52,513 bases of DNA, taken from contig DATGDO010000245.1 in NCBI GenBank assembly GCA_035310805.1, positions 1 through 52,513 of the forward strand, read 5' to 3'. The stretch comes from Solirubrobacterales bacterium. Its GTDB lineage: Bacteria > Actinomycetota > Thermoleophilia > Solirubrobacterales > 70-9. The position numbers and the translations under genes are program-made. Positions 1 to 9,144 of the stretch are shown piece after piece. Numbering within the stretch: the stretch's first letter is position 1; the number at the start of each line of letters is the position of its first letter. The notes below the pieces were generated by a model. That model was not told where the DNA came from. It saw nothing but the letters and a program-made list of their open reading frames with translations, and did not search any database.

Positions 1-134
1 TCTTCAAGTTCAGGTCCTCTCTACGAGTCGGGTGGCTCCTCCAACCTCTCACGGGTCGCGCTGGCGCGCGCCCCCGCATCTTCGGAGCCCCTCGCACAAA
101 CGGGCGGCGCGGGATATTAGCGACTTCGCCTGGC

Positions 135-148
135 TGACTGACCAGTCA
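135..148. promoter_or_regulatory. 14-bp inverted repeat TGACTG-AC-CAGTCA, candidate operator or small hairpin in the non-coding window edge
   Basis: Read directly: tgactg (135-140), ac, cagtca (143-148). No supportable gene in 1-237, and any partner regulator is outside the window. Confidence 0.2.
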
Positions 149-237
149 ATCGGCCCGTCCCGCTGGTCGGGTGCGGAGGCACCTCTGCTACCCGTGGCGC
201 GAGGATGAACTCGCGCCTCCGCGCCCAGCGGCTCGGT

Positions 238-912
238 CTAGCCGCTGAAGTGGGCGACCAGAGGCTGGCCGCCGGGCGCCGGCAGCAGGCGGAGCACCGA
301 GACGTTCTGGGGGTCCACCGGGATCCCACCGCCGGAGCTGCCGGAGGAGTCCAGATGGAACCAGGTGAGCGGTACCTGCCTGCCGTCGTTCATGACGAGC
401 TCGGCGCTCTGGATCGCCTGGCGATGGCCGGGGTCGATCGTGACCAGCACCCACGAGGGAGAGCCCTTGTAGCTGAAGACCGTCCCGGCCAGCGTCCCGT
501 CGCTGCCCCGCAGCTGGTAGGACTCGAACTCCTTGCCGTTGGCCTCCTTCAGGGTGTGGCGGTAGTGGGAGGCGAGCTGGAGGTCGCTGGAGACGATCGC
601 GAGCGTGATCGCCACCGCGGCCAGCGCCGCCGCGGCCGGGGCGAGCACGAGCGACAGCCGGCGGCGGCGGCGCGGAGGCTCGGGCGCGGGCACCACCTCG
701 GAGAGCACCTTGGACTCGAAGCCGACCGGGACCTCACGGTGCGGGGCGAGCAGGAGCAGCTCGTCGGCCACCTCCGAGAGCTGCTCCACCTGCCGGCGGC
801 AGTCGGGGCAGCGGGCGAGGTGCTCGAGCGCGCGGCCGCGCTCCTCGCCCTCGACGATGCCCAGAGCGAGCTCGGCCGCCATCTCCCGGGGCTCCTCGCA
901 GCGCGGGTTCAT
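238..912 (-). CDS. anti-sigma factor (zf-HC2 type, single-pass membrane)
   Basis: N-terminal H-x3-C-x2-C motif (LEHLARCPDCRRQV), a central TM segment (LSLVLAPAAAALAAVAITLAIV) and an extracytoplasmic C-domain. Its ATG overlaps the stop of the upstream ECF sigma gene (ATGA at 909-912). Confidence 0.75.
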   Translation of the reverse strand: MNPRCEEPREMAAELALGIVEGEERGRALEHLARCPDCRRQVEQLSEVADELLLLAPHREVPVGFESKVLSEVVPAPEPPRRRRRLSLVLAPAAAALAAVAITLAIVSSDLQLASHYRHTLKEANGKEFESYQLRGSDGTLAGTVFSYKGSPSWVLVTIDPGHRQAIQSAELVMNDGRQVPLTWFHLDSSGSSGGGIPVDPQNVSVLRLLPAPGGQPLVAHFSG

Positions 913-1463
913 CTTTCCTGCACCTCGAGTTGCTCGCGCAGCTTCAGCATCGCGGTGCGGATCCGCGTCTTCACCGTGCCCAGCGGGACGTCGTCGAGCA
1001 CGCTGATCTCACGCGCGGTCCGCCCCATGTACGCGGCCAGCACCAAGGCGCGGCGCTGGTCCTCCGGCAGATCGCTGATCGCGCTGCGCAGCTGCGCGCG
1101 CTCGTCCGGCTGCAGGCCGATCTCGTCGGCGCCGGCTGTCTGGGACTCGATCGAGAGCTCAGCGGCGATCACCTCGGGGTCGACCGGGTCGAGGCGCTTC
1201 ATCCTGGTCACGTCGATCGCCTGGTTGCGGGCGATGGAGAGCAGCCAGGTCGAGACGCGGCCCTTGCGGGCGTCGTAGTTGCCCGCGTGCCTGTAGGCGC
1301 GGACGAAGGTCTCCTGGGCGACCTCCTCCGCGATCGCCGGCTGACGGACGATCGTCATCGCCAGGCCGTAGACGCGCCCCTGGAAGCGGCGCACGAAAGC
1401 CGCTGCGGTGCGAGGGTCGCCGGTGGCGAAGCCGGCGAGCAGTGCCTCATCGGAGGGGTCCAC
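909..1463 (-). CDS. ECF-type RNA polymerase sigma-70 family factor
   Basis: Region 2 (QETFVRAYRHAGNYDARKGRVSTWLLSIARNQAIDVTR) and region 4 HTH (LPEDQRRALVLAAYMGRTAREISVLDDVPLGTVKTRIRTAMLKLR). I chose GTG 1463, which follows AGGA at 8-11 nt upstream. The 287-aa ORF-track version runs over the divergent lipoprotein gene and was rejected. Confidence 0.8.
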   Translation of the reverse strand: MDPSDEALLAGFATGDPRTAAAFVRRFQGRVYGLAMTIVRQPAIAEEVAQETFVRAYRHAGNYDARKGRVSTWLLSIARNQAIDVTRMKRLDPVDPEVIAAELSIESQTAGADEIGLQPDERAQLRSAISDLPEDQRRALVLAAYMGRTAREISVLDDVPLGTVKTRIRTAMLKLREQLEVQER

Positions 1464-1578
1464 GTCAATTCCTACGTCCGAGGCCGTCAAAGGGATTGAC
1501 CCCAATCCCGGTCGACACCGCCGGCGTAGTACGTGCGAGGGGGGTCGGACACAACGCTTCCAAGGTAAAGGAGACACC

Positions 1579-1803
1579 GTGACTCGCATACGTCGTTTGA
1601 TCCTGGCCGGTGCCTGTGCGCTGGCCCTCGCCATCGGCCTCGCCGCCTGCGGGGGCAGCAGCGACAACTCGAGCAGCTCGTCGCCGGCGGCCGGCGGCAG
1701 CGGTACCGCCGCCAAGGCGGCCAGCAGCTCCACCGGGGTCGCGAACGGCGGCACCGCGACAGGCGCGAGCAACAGCTCGAGCGGCGGGGGCTACGGCTAC
1801 TAG
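1579..1803 (+). CDS. small Ser/Gly-rich lipoprotein (74 aa)
   Basis: AAGGAG sits 6 nt before GTG 1579. Signal peptide with lipobox ([24 protein letters not shown]). The mature part is low-complexity S/G/A/T ending GGGYGY. Confidence 0.5.
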   Translation: MTRIRRLILAGACALALAIGLAACGGSSDNSSSSSPAAGGSGTAAKAASSSTGVANGGTATGASNSSSGGGYGY

Positions 1804-2246
1804 GCGGAAGAGGCCTGGTTCGAGGTCGAGGGCGCTTCGCGGCCCTCGACCGCTTTCCGCACGAACTCGACGATCTCGTCCGTCGGCGCCCCGGGCGTGA
1901 AGACCTCGGCGACGCCGAGCTTCTTGAGCTCGGGGATGTCGTCCGCCGGGATCGTGCCGCCGACCGTGACGACCACGTCGTCGGCGCCCTGTTCGGAGAG
2001 CAGCTCGACCACGCGCGGGACCAGCGTCATGTGGGCGCCGGAGAGGATCGAGAGGCCGACCGCGTCGGCATCCTCCTGGATCGCGGTCTCGGCGATCTGC
2101 TCTGGCGTCTGGTGGAGACCCGTGTAGATCACCTCCATACCCGCGTCGCGCAGCGCCCGGGCGATGATCTTCGCGCCCCGGTCGTGGCCGTCGAGACCCG
2201 GCTTGGCGACCACGATCCTGATTTTTCCGGCGGTGTCGGTCGGCAC
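1800..2246 (-). CDS. B12-binding small subunit of an acyl-CoA mutase (IcmB / MCM C-terminal domain-like)
   Basis: Cobalamin DxHxxG motif ([12 protein letters not shown]). Whole-length resemblance to mutase B12-binding domains ([17 protein letters not shown]...GLSILSGAH...VVTVGGTIP). Confidence 0.85.
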   Translation of the reverse strand: MPTDTAGKIRIVVAKPGLDGHDRGAKIIARALRDAGMEVIYTGLHQTPEQIAETAIQEDADAVGLSILSGAHMTLVPRVVELLSEQGADDVVVTVGGTIPADDIPELKKLGVAEVFTPGAPTDEIVEFVRKAVEGREAPSTSNQASSA

Positions 2247-2374
2247 TGTTCAGCCATGCGTTCGTTCGAAGGCGACTTAACCGTAGTTGAACAGGAAGCT
2301 TCTACGGTTCTCAGCGCGGTATTCCGATAAGTGGAGTTGAAGCCGATGGGGGAATCGCAATAGGAGGCACAGCG

Positions 2375-2572
2375 GTGTACGACGTTCTCTTCATAGACCG
2401 CACGCACGGAGAGAGGCTGCTCGCCAGCGGTCTCGATCACGACGCTGCATGTGCGCTGGCGAGGAGCGAGTCCCAGCGACGCGGCGTCGGCCGGATGTTC
2501 CTCGCGGGGTCCGAGGTCAGCCCCGTCGGGGAGATGATCGTGATCGTCGAGTCGGCACCCCGCGCGGCTTAG
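2375..2572 (+). CDS. hypothetical small protein (65 aa), antisense-oriented between the two mutase subunit genes
   Basis: Strong AGGAGG 6 nt before GTG 2375. Third codon positions are mostly G/C. No recognisable domain. Confidence 0.4.
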   Translation: MYDVLFIDRTHGERLLASGLDHDAACALARSESQRRGVGRMFLAGSEVSPVGEMIVIVESAPRAA

Positions 2573-2666
2573 CTGACCGCCTCGGCGGCCCGGAGGATCT
2601 GCCGGACGATCGGCTTGCGGTCGATCGCCGAAGGCCCCGTCGCCCGGGGAGCCCCCCGCCAGCGAG

Positions 2667-4325
2667 CTAGAAGACCGGCAGCTCGGTGTACGAGCCGAAG
2701 ACCTCCTGGAGGGCCGCCACCATCTCGCCCTCCGAGGCCCTGGCGCGGGCGCAATCCAGGATCGGCGGCATCAGGTTCGCGCCGGTCGCCGCGGCGGACT
2801 TGAGCGCGCCGAGCGTGCGCTCGACCTCGGCCGAGTCGCGGCGCGCCTTGGTCGCCTCCACCCGGCCGCGCTGCTTGCGCTCGAGCTCGGGGTCGATCCG
2901 CAGGATCGGGGTCTCCTCGTCGTCCGCCAGCACGTACTCGTTGACGCCGACGACGATGCGCTGCTTTGAGTCGACCTCCTGCTGATAGCGGAAGGAGGCG
3001 TCCGCGATCTCCCTTTGCGGGAAGTTCTGCTTGATCGCCTCGACCATCCCGCCGAGCTCGTCGATGCGGGCGAAGTACTCGTAGGCTGAGCGCTCCATCT
3101 CGTCGGTCAGGGTCTCGACGAAGTAGGAGCCGCCCAGCGGATCGATCGTGTTGGTGACGCCGGTCTCGTTTGCGATCACCTGCTGGGTCCGCAGGGCGAT
3201 CCGAACGGCCTCCTCGGTCGGCAGGGCGAGTGCCTCGTCGTATGAGTTCGTGTGCAGCGACTGGGTGCCGCCGAGGACACCGGCGAGCGCCTCGATCGCG
3301 GTGCGGATGATGTTCACCTGCGGCTGCTGGGCCGTCAGGGAGACCCCGGCGGTCTGGGTATGGAAGCGCATCCGCAGGGACTCCTCGCGCTTGGCGCCGT
3401 AGGTCTCGCGCATCTCGCGGGCCCAGATCCGGCGCGCAGCCCGGTACTTGGCGATCTCCTCGAAGAAGTCGATGTGGGCGTTGAAGAAGAAGGAGAGGCG
3501 CGGCGCGAAGTCGTCGACGTCGAGGCCGCGCTCGATCCCCTGCTCGACGTAGGTGAAGCCGTCCTTGAGGGTGAAGGCGAGCTCCTGCTGGGCGGTCGAT
3601 CCCGCCTCGCGGATGTGGTATCCGGAGATCGAGATCGGGTGCCAGCGCGGCATCTTCCGCGCGCACCACTCGATCATGTCCCCGACCAGCCTCATCGCCG
3701 GCTCGATCGGGAAGCACCACTCCTTCTGGGCGATGTACTCCTTGAGGATGTCCGTCTGGATCGTGCCTCCGAGTCGCTCCGGCGGGATCCCCTGCTCCTC
3801 CGCCGTGCAGACGTAGAAGGCCAACAGGACCGCCGCGGGCGCGTTGATGGTCATCGACGTCGTCACCTCGCCGAGGTCGATGCCGGAGAACAGGGTCTCC
3901 ATGTCGTCGAGGGTGTCGATCGCGACCCCCTCCACCCCGACCTCGCCGAGGCTGCGCTCGGCGTCAGAGTCCAGGCCCATCAGCGTGGGCATGTCGAAGG
4001 CGGTCGAGAGGCCGGTCTGCCCGTGGTCGAGGAGGTAGTGGAAGCGCTCGTTTGTCTCCTCGGCGGTTCCGAAACCGGCGAACTGGCGCATCGTCCAGAG
4101 CCGGCCCCGGTACATGGACGGATAGACGCCGCGCGTGTAGGGGTACTCGCCTGGGAAGCCCAGGTCCCGGTCGGGATCAGAGCCGGCCCGATCCTCCTCC
4201 GTGTAGAGCGGCCTGATCTCCTCACCCGAGATCGTCTCGAAGAGTGCCTCACGCTCCTCGAGGCGGGCGTAGACGTCGGCAAGCCACTCGTGGGCGCGGC
4301 GCCGTGCCTCGGGCTCTACGGCCAT
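2667..4325 (-). CDS. acyl-CoA mutase large (catalytic) subunit, methylmalonyl-CoA mutase family, isobutyryl-CoA mutase-like signature
   Basis: 552 aa with MCM-family motifs ([32 protein letters not shown]). It has Phe in RQFAGF and Gln in YIAQKEW where MCM has Tyr89 and Arg207, which is the pattern described for IcmA. Confidence 0.85.
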   Translation of the reverse strand: MAVEPEARRRAHEWLADVYARLEEREALFETISGEEIRPLYTEEDRAGSDPDRDLGFPGEYPYTRGVYPSMYRGRLWTMRQFAGFGTAEETNERFHYLLDHGQTGLSTAFDMPTLMGLDSDAERSLGEVGVEGVAIDTLDDMETLFSGIDLGEVTTSMTINAPAAVLLAFYVCTAEEQGIPPERLGGTIQTDILKEYIAQKEWCFPIEPAMRLVGDMIEWCARKMPRWHPISISGYHIREAGSTAQQELAFTLKDGFTYVEQGIERGLDVDDFAPRLSFFFNAHIDFFEEIAKYRAARRIWAREMRETYGAKREESLRMRFHTQTAGVSLTAQQPQVNIIRTAIEALAGVLGGTQSLHTNSYDEALALPTEEAVRIALRTQQVIANETGVTNTIDPLGGSYFVETLTDEMERSAYEYFARIDELGGMVEAIKQNFPQREIADASFRYQQEVDSKQRIVVGVNEYVLADDEETPILRIDPELERKQRGRVEATKARRDSAEVERTLGALKSAAATGANLMPPILDCARARASEGEMVAALQEVFGSYTELPVF

Positions 4326-4369
4326 GCCGGCAGTCTAGATAGAAGGTCAGCCCAGCCGGAGGGGATGGG

Positions 4370-5164
4370 CTAGCGCCACCGCACGCCTCGCGCGGACCGC
4401 AGCCCGGTGCTCTGACGGCGCCTCGAGGCGAGCGCGCCGATCCCGCCCGCGGCCGCCGCCAGCACGGTCGCGCCGGCGATCGCCAGCTTCCGGCCGAGCT
4501 TCTCGAAGCGCATCACCTGCCAGCCCTCCTGGCGGGCGATCTCGAGCAGGTCGGCATCCGGGTTGACGACCACCGCCTGGCCGACCGACCGGAGCATCGG
4601 CAAGTCGCTCACCGAGTCCGAGTAGGCGTAGGAGGCGTCCATATCGATGTCGTGGCGCTCGGCGAAGCGCCGCATCGCCTCGACCTTGCCCTTGCCGTAG
4701 ACGAAGGGACCGTCCATCTCGCCGGTGTAGGTGCCATCGGCCCCGATCTGCCAACGGGTCCCGATCCCGCCCTCCATGCCGAGCACCGCGGCCAGCGCCT
4801 TGACCAGATCGTTGCCCGCCGCGCTGACGATGAAGGTGGCCCTGCCCTCGTCCTGGTGGCGATACACCTCGTCGAGCATCTGCGGGTAGATCCGGGGCAG
4901 GATCCCGGCGAGCACGGCGGGCGCCATCCGCTCGACGTCCCGCTCCGGGATCTCGGCGAAGACCCGCTTGGCCACGTCGAGGACCGCGTTGGTCTGCTCG
5001 TCCGAGGAGCCCCGGAGCCGGTAGCGCAGGTGGTCCCATCCCCACCTGGCGAGCTGCCTGCGGGGCACGAACCCACGCTGGTTCGCGACCCGTGCGAAGA
5101 CCATCCCGGAGGAGCCCGCCATCAGCGTCTTGTCGAGGTCGAAGAAGGCCGCCGAGTTGGCCAT
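4370..5164 (-). CDS. HAD-IB family hydrolase (SerB-like) with C-terminal membrane anchor
   Basis: HAD motif I (AAFFDLDKTL), motif IV region (YSDSVSDLPML), and a C-terminal hydrophobic stretch (LAIAGATVLAAAAGGIGAL). Confidence 0.75.
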   Translation of the reverse strand: MANSAAFFDLDKTLMAGSSGMVFARVANQRGFVPRRQLARWGWDHLRYRLRGSSDEQTNAVLDVAKRVFAEIPERDVERMAPAVLAGILPRIYPQMLDEVYRHQDEGRATFIVSAAGNDLVKALAAVLGMEGGIGTRWQIGADGTYTGEMDGPFVYGKGKVEAMRRFAERHDIDMDASYAYSDSVSDLPMLRSVGQAVVVNPDADLLEIARQEGWQVMRFEKLGRKLAIAGATVLAAAAGGIGALASRRRQSTGLRSARGVRWR

Positions 5165-5393
5165 GGTCGGCGGAGGATAAGACGCCCCGCCGCGGCCGCC
5201 ACTGGTACGTGTGGCGAAAGACGCGCTCCAGCGGCGGCCGGCGCGTTGACGGCGCCGTACCCCCGGGCATCATTGGCCACCTTGCCGCGCTCGCGCTCGT
5301 CGCTCACGGCCCGCAGGGCGCTCAGCGTGTCGCTTTCGAGATGAATCCGCACCCCGAGGGCTTGCCCCGCGGACGGAGGGGGCGAAACGCGGG

Positions 5394-6578
5394 TCAGCCC
5401 CCGTTCAGCTCGACCAGGATCGCGTCGCCCTGGCCGCCGCCCGAGCAGATCGCGGCGCAGCCCAGGCCGCCGCCTCGGCGTCGGAGCTCGTGCACCAGCG
5501 CGCCGACGATGCGGGCGCCGGAGGCTCCGATCGGGTGACCGAGCGCGATCGCCCCGCCGTTGACGTTCACCTTTTCCTCGTCGATCTCCAGCATCCGCAC
5601 GGAGTTGATCGCGACGGAGGCGAAGGCCTCGTTGATCTCCCAGAGGTCGACGTCGCCGGGCTTCTTGCCGATCTTCTCGAGGGCCTGGATGGCGGCGCGC
5701 CCCGGGGTCTTGGCGAGGTAGGGGAAGTCATCCGCGACCTGGCCGTAGGCGAGCACCGTCGCGATCGGGCTCTTGCCGTTCTGCTTCGCCCACTCCTCGG
5801 AGGCAACCACCACGGCGCCGGCGCCGTCGTTGACCCCCGGCGAGTTGCCGGCGGTGTGGGTCGCGTCGTCGCTGCCGACGGCCTTCAGCTTGGAGAGCAC
5901 CTCCAGTGTCGTGTCGGGCCGGATCCCCTCGTCCGCGGCGACCTCGCTCTCGCCCTTCCTCGACTTGACGGTGACGGTGACGATCTCCTCGGCGAGCTTG
6001 CCGTCCTCGGTCGCCTTGTGGGCGAGCTGATGCGAGCGCTCGGCGAAGCGGTCCATGTCGGCGCGGGTGATCTCGAGCTCGTTGGAGACCTCGCTCGCCT
6101 CGTTGATCATCTGCTTCTCGGTGAAGGGGTTGGTGAGCCCGTCGTGGGTCATCGCGTCGATCGCGGTGACGTCGCCCATCCGGAAGCCGAAGCGGGCGCC
6201 GGGGAGCAGGTAGGGCGCCTGGCTCATCGACTCCATGCCGCCGGTGACGGCGATCTCGAGATCGCCGGCGCGAATCGCCTGGTCGGCGATCCCGATGCTG
6301 CGCATCCCGGACGCGCAGACCTTGTTGACGGTCTCCGAGGGCACCTCGCGCGGGATGCCGGCCTTGATCTGCGCCTGGCGGGACGGAATCTGGCCCTGAC
6401 CCGCCTGCAGCACCTGGCCGTAGACGACGCCCTGCACCTGCTCCGCGCTCACCTCGGCGCGGTCGAGCGCCTCCGCGATCGTGGTGCCGCCCAGGTCAGT
6501 GGCATCGAGGGAAGAGAGCCCACCGCCCATCTTCCCGAACGGGGTCCTGGCGGTGGAGAGGATGACCGTCTTCGACAT
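5394..6578 (-). CDS. acetyl-CoA C-acetyltransferase (thiolase II)
   Basis: 394 aa with active-site Cys context (VNKVCASGMRSI) and C-terminal thiolase motifs (NVNGGAIALGHPIGASGAR, GLGCAAICSGGGQG). Confidence 0.9.
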   Translation of the reverse strand: MSKTVILSTARTPFGKMGGGLSSLDATDLGGTTIAEALDRAEVSAEQVQGVVYGQVLQAGQGQIPSRQAQIKAGIPREVPSETVNKVCASGMRSIGIADQAIRAGDLEIAVTGGMESMSQAPYLLPGARFGFRMGDVTAIDAMTHDGLTNPFTEKQMINEASEVSNELEITRADMDRFAERSHQLAHKATEDGKLAEEIVTVTVKSRKGESEVAADEGIRPDTTLEVLSKLKAVGSDDATHTAGNSPGVNDGAGAVVVASEEWAKQNGKSPIATVLAYGQVADDFPYLAKTPGRAAIQALEKIGKKPGDVDLWEINEAFASVAINSVRMLEIDEEKVNVNGGAIALGHPIGASGARIVGALVHELRRRGGGLGCAAICSGGGQGDAILVELNGG

Positions 6579-6700
6579 CTGCGCCTTTCGTCTGCGCCGG
6601 CGGTCGATCCGCCAGGCTGTTGATCCGGCGGCGACGATTGCGGCCGCCGAAGATGCTGACCTCGAATGCTAGTCAGTCCCACCTGTAATCTGCCGACGCC

Positions 6701-8140
6701 TTGCGAGTCGAGGTCGCGGACAAGCCGCTTGCGGAGGTGGATGCGGACCTGCTCGCCGTGCTGCTGTTCGAGGGAGACGATCTTCCCGAGCCGCTCGCGG
6801 GGGCGCCGGGATCGGAGGATGTCCGGGCGGGCTACAAGAAAACCTCCATCGTCCACCCCGAGAGCCCTCGTCGCGCGCTGGTGATCGGCCTCGGCGACCG
6901 CGAGGAGTTCGAGCCGGAGCGCGCCCGGGTGGCGGGTGCCCTTGCCGCGCGGAATGCAGGCCCGCTGGAGGCCACCTCGCTGGCGCTGGCCGGCCCTGAG
7001 CCGGTGGACGCGCAATCAGCGGCGAGCGCGATGGTCGAGGGCGCGATCCTCGCCTCATACCGTTTCGATCGCTTCAAGTCCAAGAAGAACGGCAACGGCG
7101 GCGACGACACCGGCCGCCTTGAGGAGATCTCGGTGATCGGGGACCGCGCCCTCGCGGGCGGAGTTGAGGCCGCCCGGATCGCCGCCGAGTCCGCCAATTT
7201 CGCTCGCGAGCTCCAGGACCTTCCCGCGAATATCGTCACGCCCTCCTACCTGGCCGGTCGGGCGAAAGCGATCGCGGACGAGCATTCGACCGTCAGCTGC
7301 GAGGTGCTCGGCCGGGAGGAGATCCTCGCCAGGGGAATGGGAGGCCTCGAGGGGGTCTCCAGGGGGACCGTCGAGGAGCCGCAGCTGATCGTGCTCCGCT
7401 ACCAGGAGGGCGAGGGAGAGACGCTCGGTCTGGTCGGCAAGGGCGTCACCTTCGACACGGGCGGCATCTCGATCAAGCCGGCGGGCGGCATGCACGAGAT
7501 GAAGATGGATATGTCGGGCGCGGCCGCCGTGCTGGAGGGCTTCTCGGCGATTGCAAAGCTCGAGCTGCCGATCAACCTGCTGGCGGTGATCCCGGCCACC
7601 GAGAACATGCCCAGTGGCGCCGCTCTCAAGCCGGGGGACATCGTCACCCAGCTGAACGGCAAGACGGTGGAGGTGCTCAACACCGATGCCGAGGGGCGGC
7701 TGATCCTCGCCGACGCGCTCTGCTACGCGGTCGAGCTGGGCGCCGATCGGATCGTCGATCTGGCCACTCTCACCGGCGCCGTGGTGATCGCGCTCGGGTC
7801 GACGTACGCGGGGCTGATCTCCAACGACGACGAATGGGCCGCGGAGGTCGAGCGTGCGGCGAGGCGCACAGGTGAGCTCGCCTGGCGGCTTCCCCTGCAC
7901 CCCGAGTACAAGGAGCTCACCAAGGGCACCGATGCCGACCTGACCAACGCCTCCGCCAAGCGCAAGGCGAGCACGATCTACGCCGGCTCCTTCCTGGAGG
8001 AGTTCGTCGACGGCAAGCCGTGGGTCCATCTCGACATCGCCGGGACGGCGTGGGACGTCGGCCGCGAGTACGTCGGCAAGGGCCCGAGTGGGTTCGGCGT
8101 CAGGCTGCTGGTGGACCTCGCACGCAGCCTGGCCGGCTGA
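6701..8140 (+). CDS. pepA: leucyl aminopeptidase (M17, PepA)
   Basis: M17 signature region (GKGVTFDTGGISIKP, NTDAEGRLILADAL). TTG start at 6701. Confidence 0.9.
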   Translation: MRVEVADKPLAEVDADLLAVLLFEGDDLPEPLAGAPGSEDVRAGYKKTSIVHPESPRRALVIGLGDREEFEPERARVAGALAARNAGPLEATSLALAGPEPVDAQSAASAMVEGAILASYRFDRFKSKKNGNGGDDTGRLEEISVIGDRALAGGVEAARIAAESANFARELQDLPANIVTPSYLAGRAKAIADEHSTVSCEVLGREEILARGMGGLEGVSRGTVEEPQLIVLRYQEGEGETLGLVGKGVTFDTGGISIKPAGGMHEMKMDMSGAAAVLEGFSAIAKLELPINLLAVIPATENMPSGAALKPGDIVTQLNGKTVEVLNTDAEGRLILADALCYAVELGADRIVDLATLTGAVVIALGSTYAGLISNDDEWAAEVERAARRTGELAWRLPLHPEYKELTKGTDADLTNASAKRKASTIYAGSFLEEFVDGKPWVHLDIAGTAWDVGREYVGKGPSGFGVRLLVDLARSLAG

Positions 8141-8216
8141 CGGCCTCGCCCCATACGGTCACCAAGAGCGGTCGGAACACCTGGGACGGCGGGGTCCACC
8201 GGATGTCGGCCGGGTC

Positions 8217-8642
8217 TCAGACGGCAAGCAGCCTCAGCAGCCGGCGGCCCAGGACGCGGTCGCCCTCGATCCTGACCCGGCCGCTGGCGAGACGGCCGAG
8301 GGCTCGGCGGCCGTGTCGCCGGCGTGGATCGGGAACGCCGTGCAGCCGGCCCCGGAGTGTCGGAACGGTCGCGAAGTGGACGATGTCCGGGAGACGGCCT
8401 GAGATCACCAGGTCGGGCCTGCGTGAGTCGCCGTCCTCGACCACGACGCTGCGCGGCCTGAACTGGATGCGGAGCGGCGAGAAGTCCTCGGCGAAGCGGA
8501 AGACCACGCGGCCGCGCATCTGGGCGGCCAGGTCGGGCTCCCTCGCGATCCCGCGCTCGAGCAACCCGAAGATGCTGGGAGCCACGCCGTCCTCGACCAT
8601 CCGGCCGAGGCGGACGCTGGGAACCTTGCCATTGGCGCTCAT
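8217..8642 (-). CDS. SCP2 sterol-binding-like domain protein
   Basis: About 140 aa with an SCP2-like pattern (RVVFRFAEDFSPLRIQF...VISGRLPDIVHFA...LASGRVRIEGD). ATG 8642 was chosen, with GGGGA upstream. Confidence 0.5.
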   Translation of the reverse strand: MSANGKVPSVRLGRMVEDGVAPSIFGLLERGIAREPDLAAQMRGRVVFRFAEDFSPLRIQFRPRSVVVEDGDSRRPDLVISGRLPDIVHFATVPTLRGRLHGVPDPRRRHGRRALGRLASGRVRIEGDRVLGRRLLRLLAV

Positions 8643-8899
8643 TCCCCGATCGTAGGGTGGCCGGCGTCGCCATTGGATCGCGGCCGGTGGCGGGCGCGGG
8701 ACCTGGAGGATCAAGCAGGTGCTGGTGCCGGTGGCGAGCAGCTTCCCGTCTCGGCGGGGAAAGCCGGCCCGGGCCCGCCTCGAAGCTGGTCCTGCGCGTG
8801 CTGGTCGTCTCCGGAGAGCGCTCCGCGAACGCGAGGGCAGCGTCCACCGCCCTCTCGCTCAGCTGGCCTCCCCGTTGACCGACGGAGCCGACCCGACGC

Positions 8900-9043
8900 T
8901 CACCCGCGCACCCGGCGGCGGCGGGCGGCCTTGCGGGCGGGCTCCACGCGGTCACGGCGAACGGGGTAGCGCAGGTCGGCGAGGATCTCCTCGGAGCTGA
9001 TCCTGACCCGCTCTGGATGGAACTCGAACCGGAGTGCTCTCAT
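8900..9043 (-). CDS. hypothetical small Arg-rich protein (47 aa)
   Basis: AAGGAG sits 6 nt before ATG 9043. Divergent from the HxlR gene. No domain recognised. Confidence 0.35.
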   Translation of the reverse strand: MRALRFEFHPERVRISSEEILADLRYPVRRDRVEPARKAARRRRVRG

Positions 9044-9064
9044 GCTCGACTCCTTGCTTGTGTT

Positions 9065-9081
9065 GGTTGCTTCACGCAACC
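9065..9081. promoter_or_regulatory. palindrome GGTTGC-N5-GCAACC, candidate HxlR operator (site 1)
   Basis: Read directly in the divergent promoter region between the 47-aa ORF and hxlR. A second copy of the core lies 42 bp away. Confidence 0.4.
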
Positions 9082-9107
9082 CCGATGCCGCCACCGTATC
9101 AGCGTGA

Positions 9108-9122
9108 GTTGCATGACGCAAC
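9108..9122. promoter_or_regulatory. palindrome GTTGC-N5-GCAAC, candidate HxlR operator (site 2)
   Basis: Same half-sites as site 1 (gttgc atgac gcaac), located 23 nt upstream of the hxlR ATG. Confidence 0.4.
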
Positions 9123-9144
9123 CGAGTGTGCCAAGATCACACTG

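Noticed and set aside
1-237. Possible gene fragment or RNA at the left edge (lower-GC first 60 nt; GTG with GGAGGA nearby on the minus strand)
   Set aside because: It is too short, and the reading frame runs off the window. There is nothing to support a call beyond the small palindrome at 135-148.
205-1278. 357-aa plus-strand ORF (and several nested ORFs) overlapping the anti-sigma and ECF sigma genes
   Set aside because: It is an antisense shadow ORF typical of high-GC DNA, with Arg/Ala/Gly/Pro-rich low-complexity translation and no motifs. The opposite strand encodes clearly recognisable sigma and anti-sigma proteins.
2247-2374. Looked for a cobalamin riboswitch or other leader upstream of the B12-binding subunit gene
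   Set aside because: No B12-box-like element or convincing conserved structure is visible by eye. The region is simply AT-richer and promoter-like. It would need an Rfam/Infernal scan to exclude.
8643-8899. 257-nt GC-rich unassigned gap (and the 229-nt gap at 5165-5393), considered for a missed gene or ncRNA
   Set aside because: All ORFs there are low-complexity shadows without an RBS. I could not identify a convincing structure or promoter, so it is left unannotated rather than guessed.
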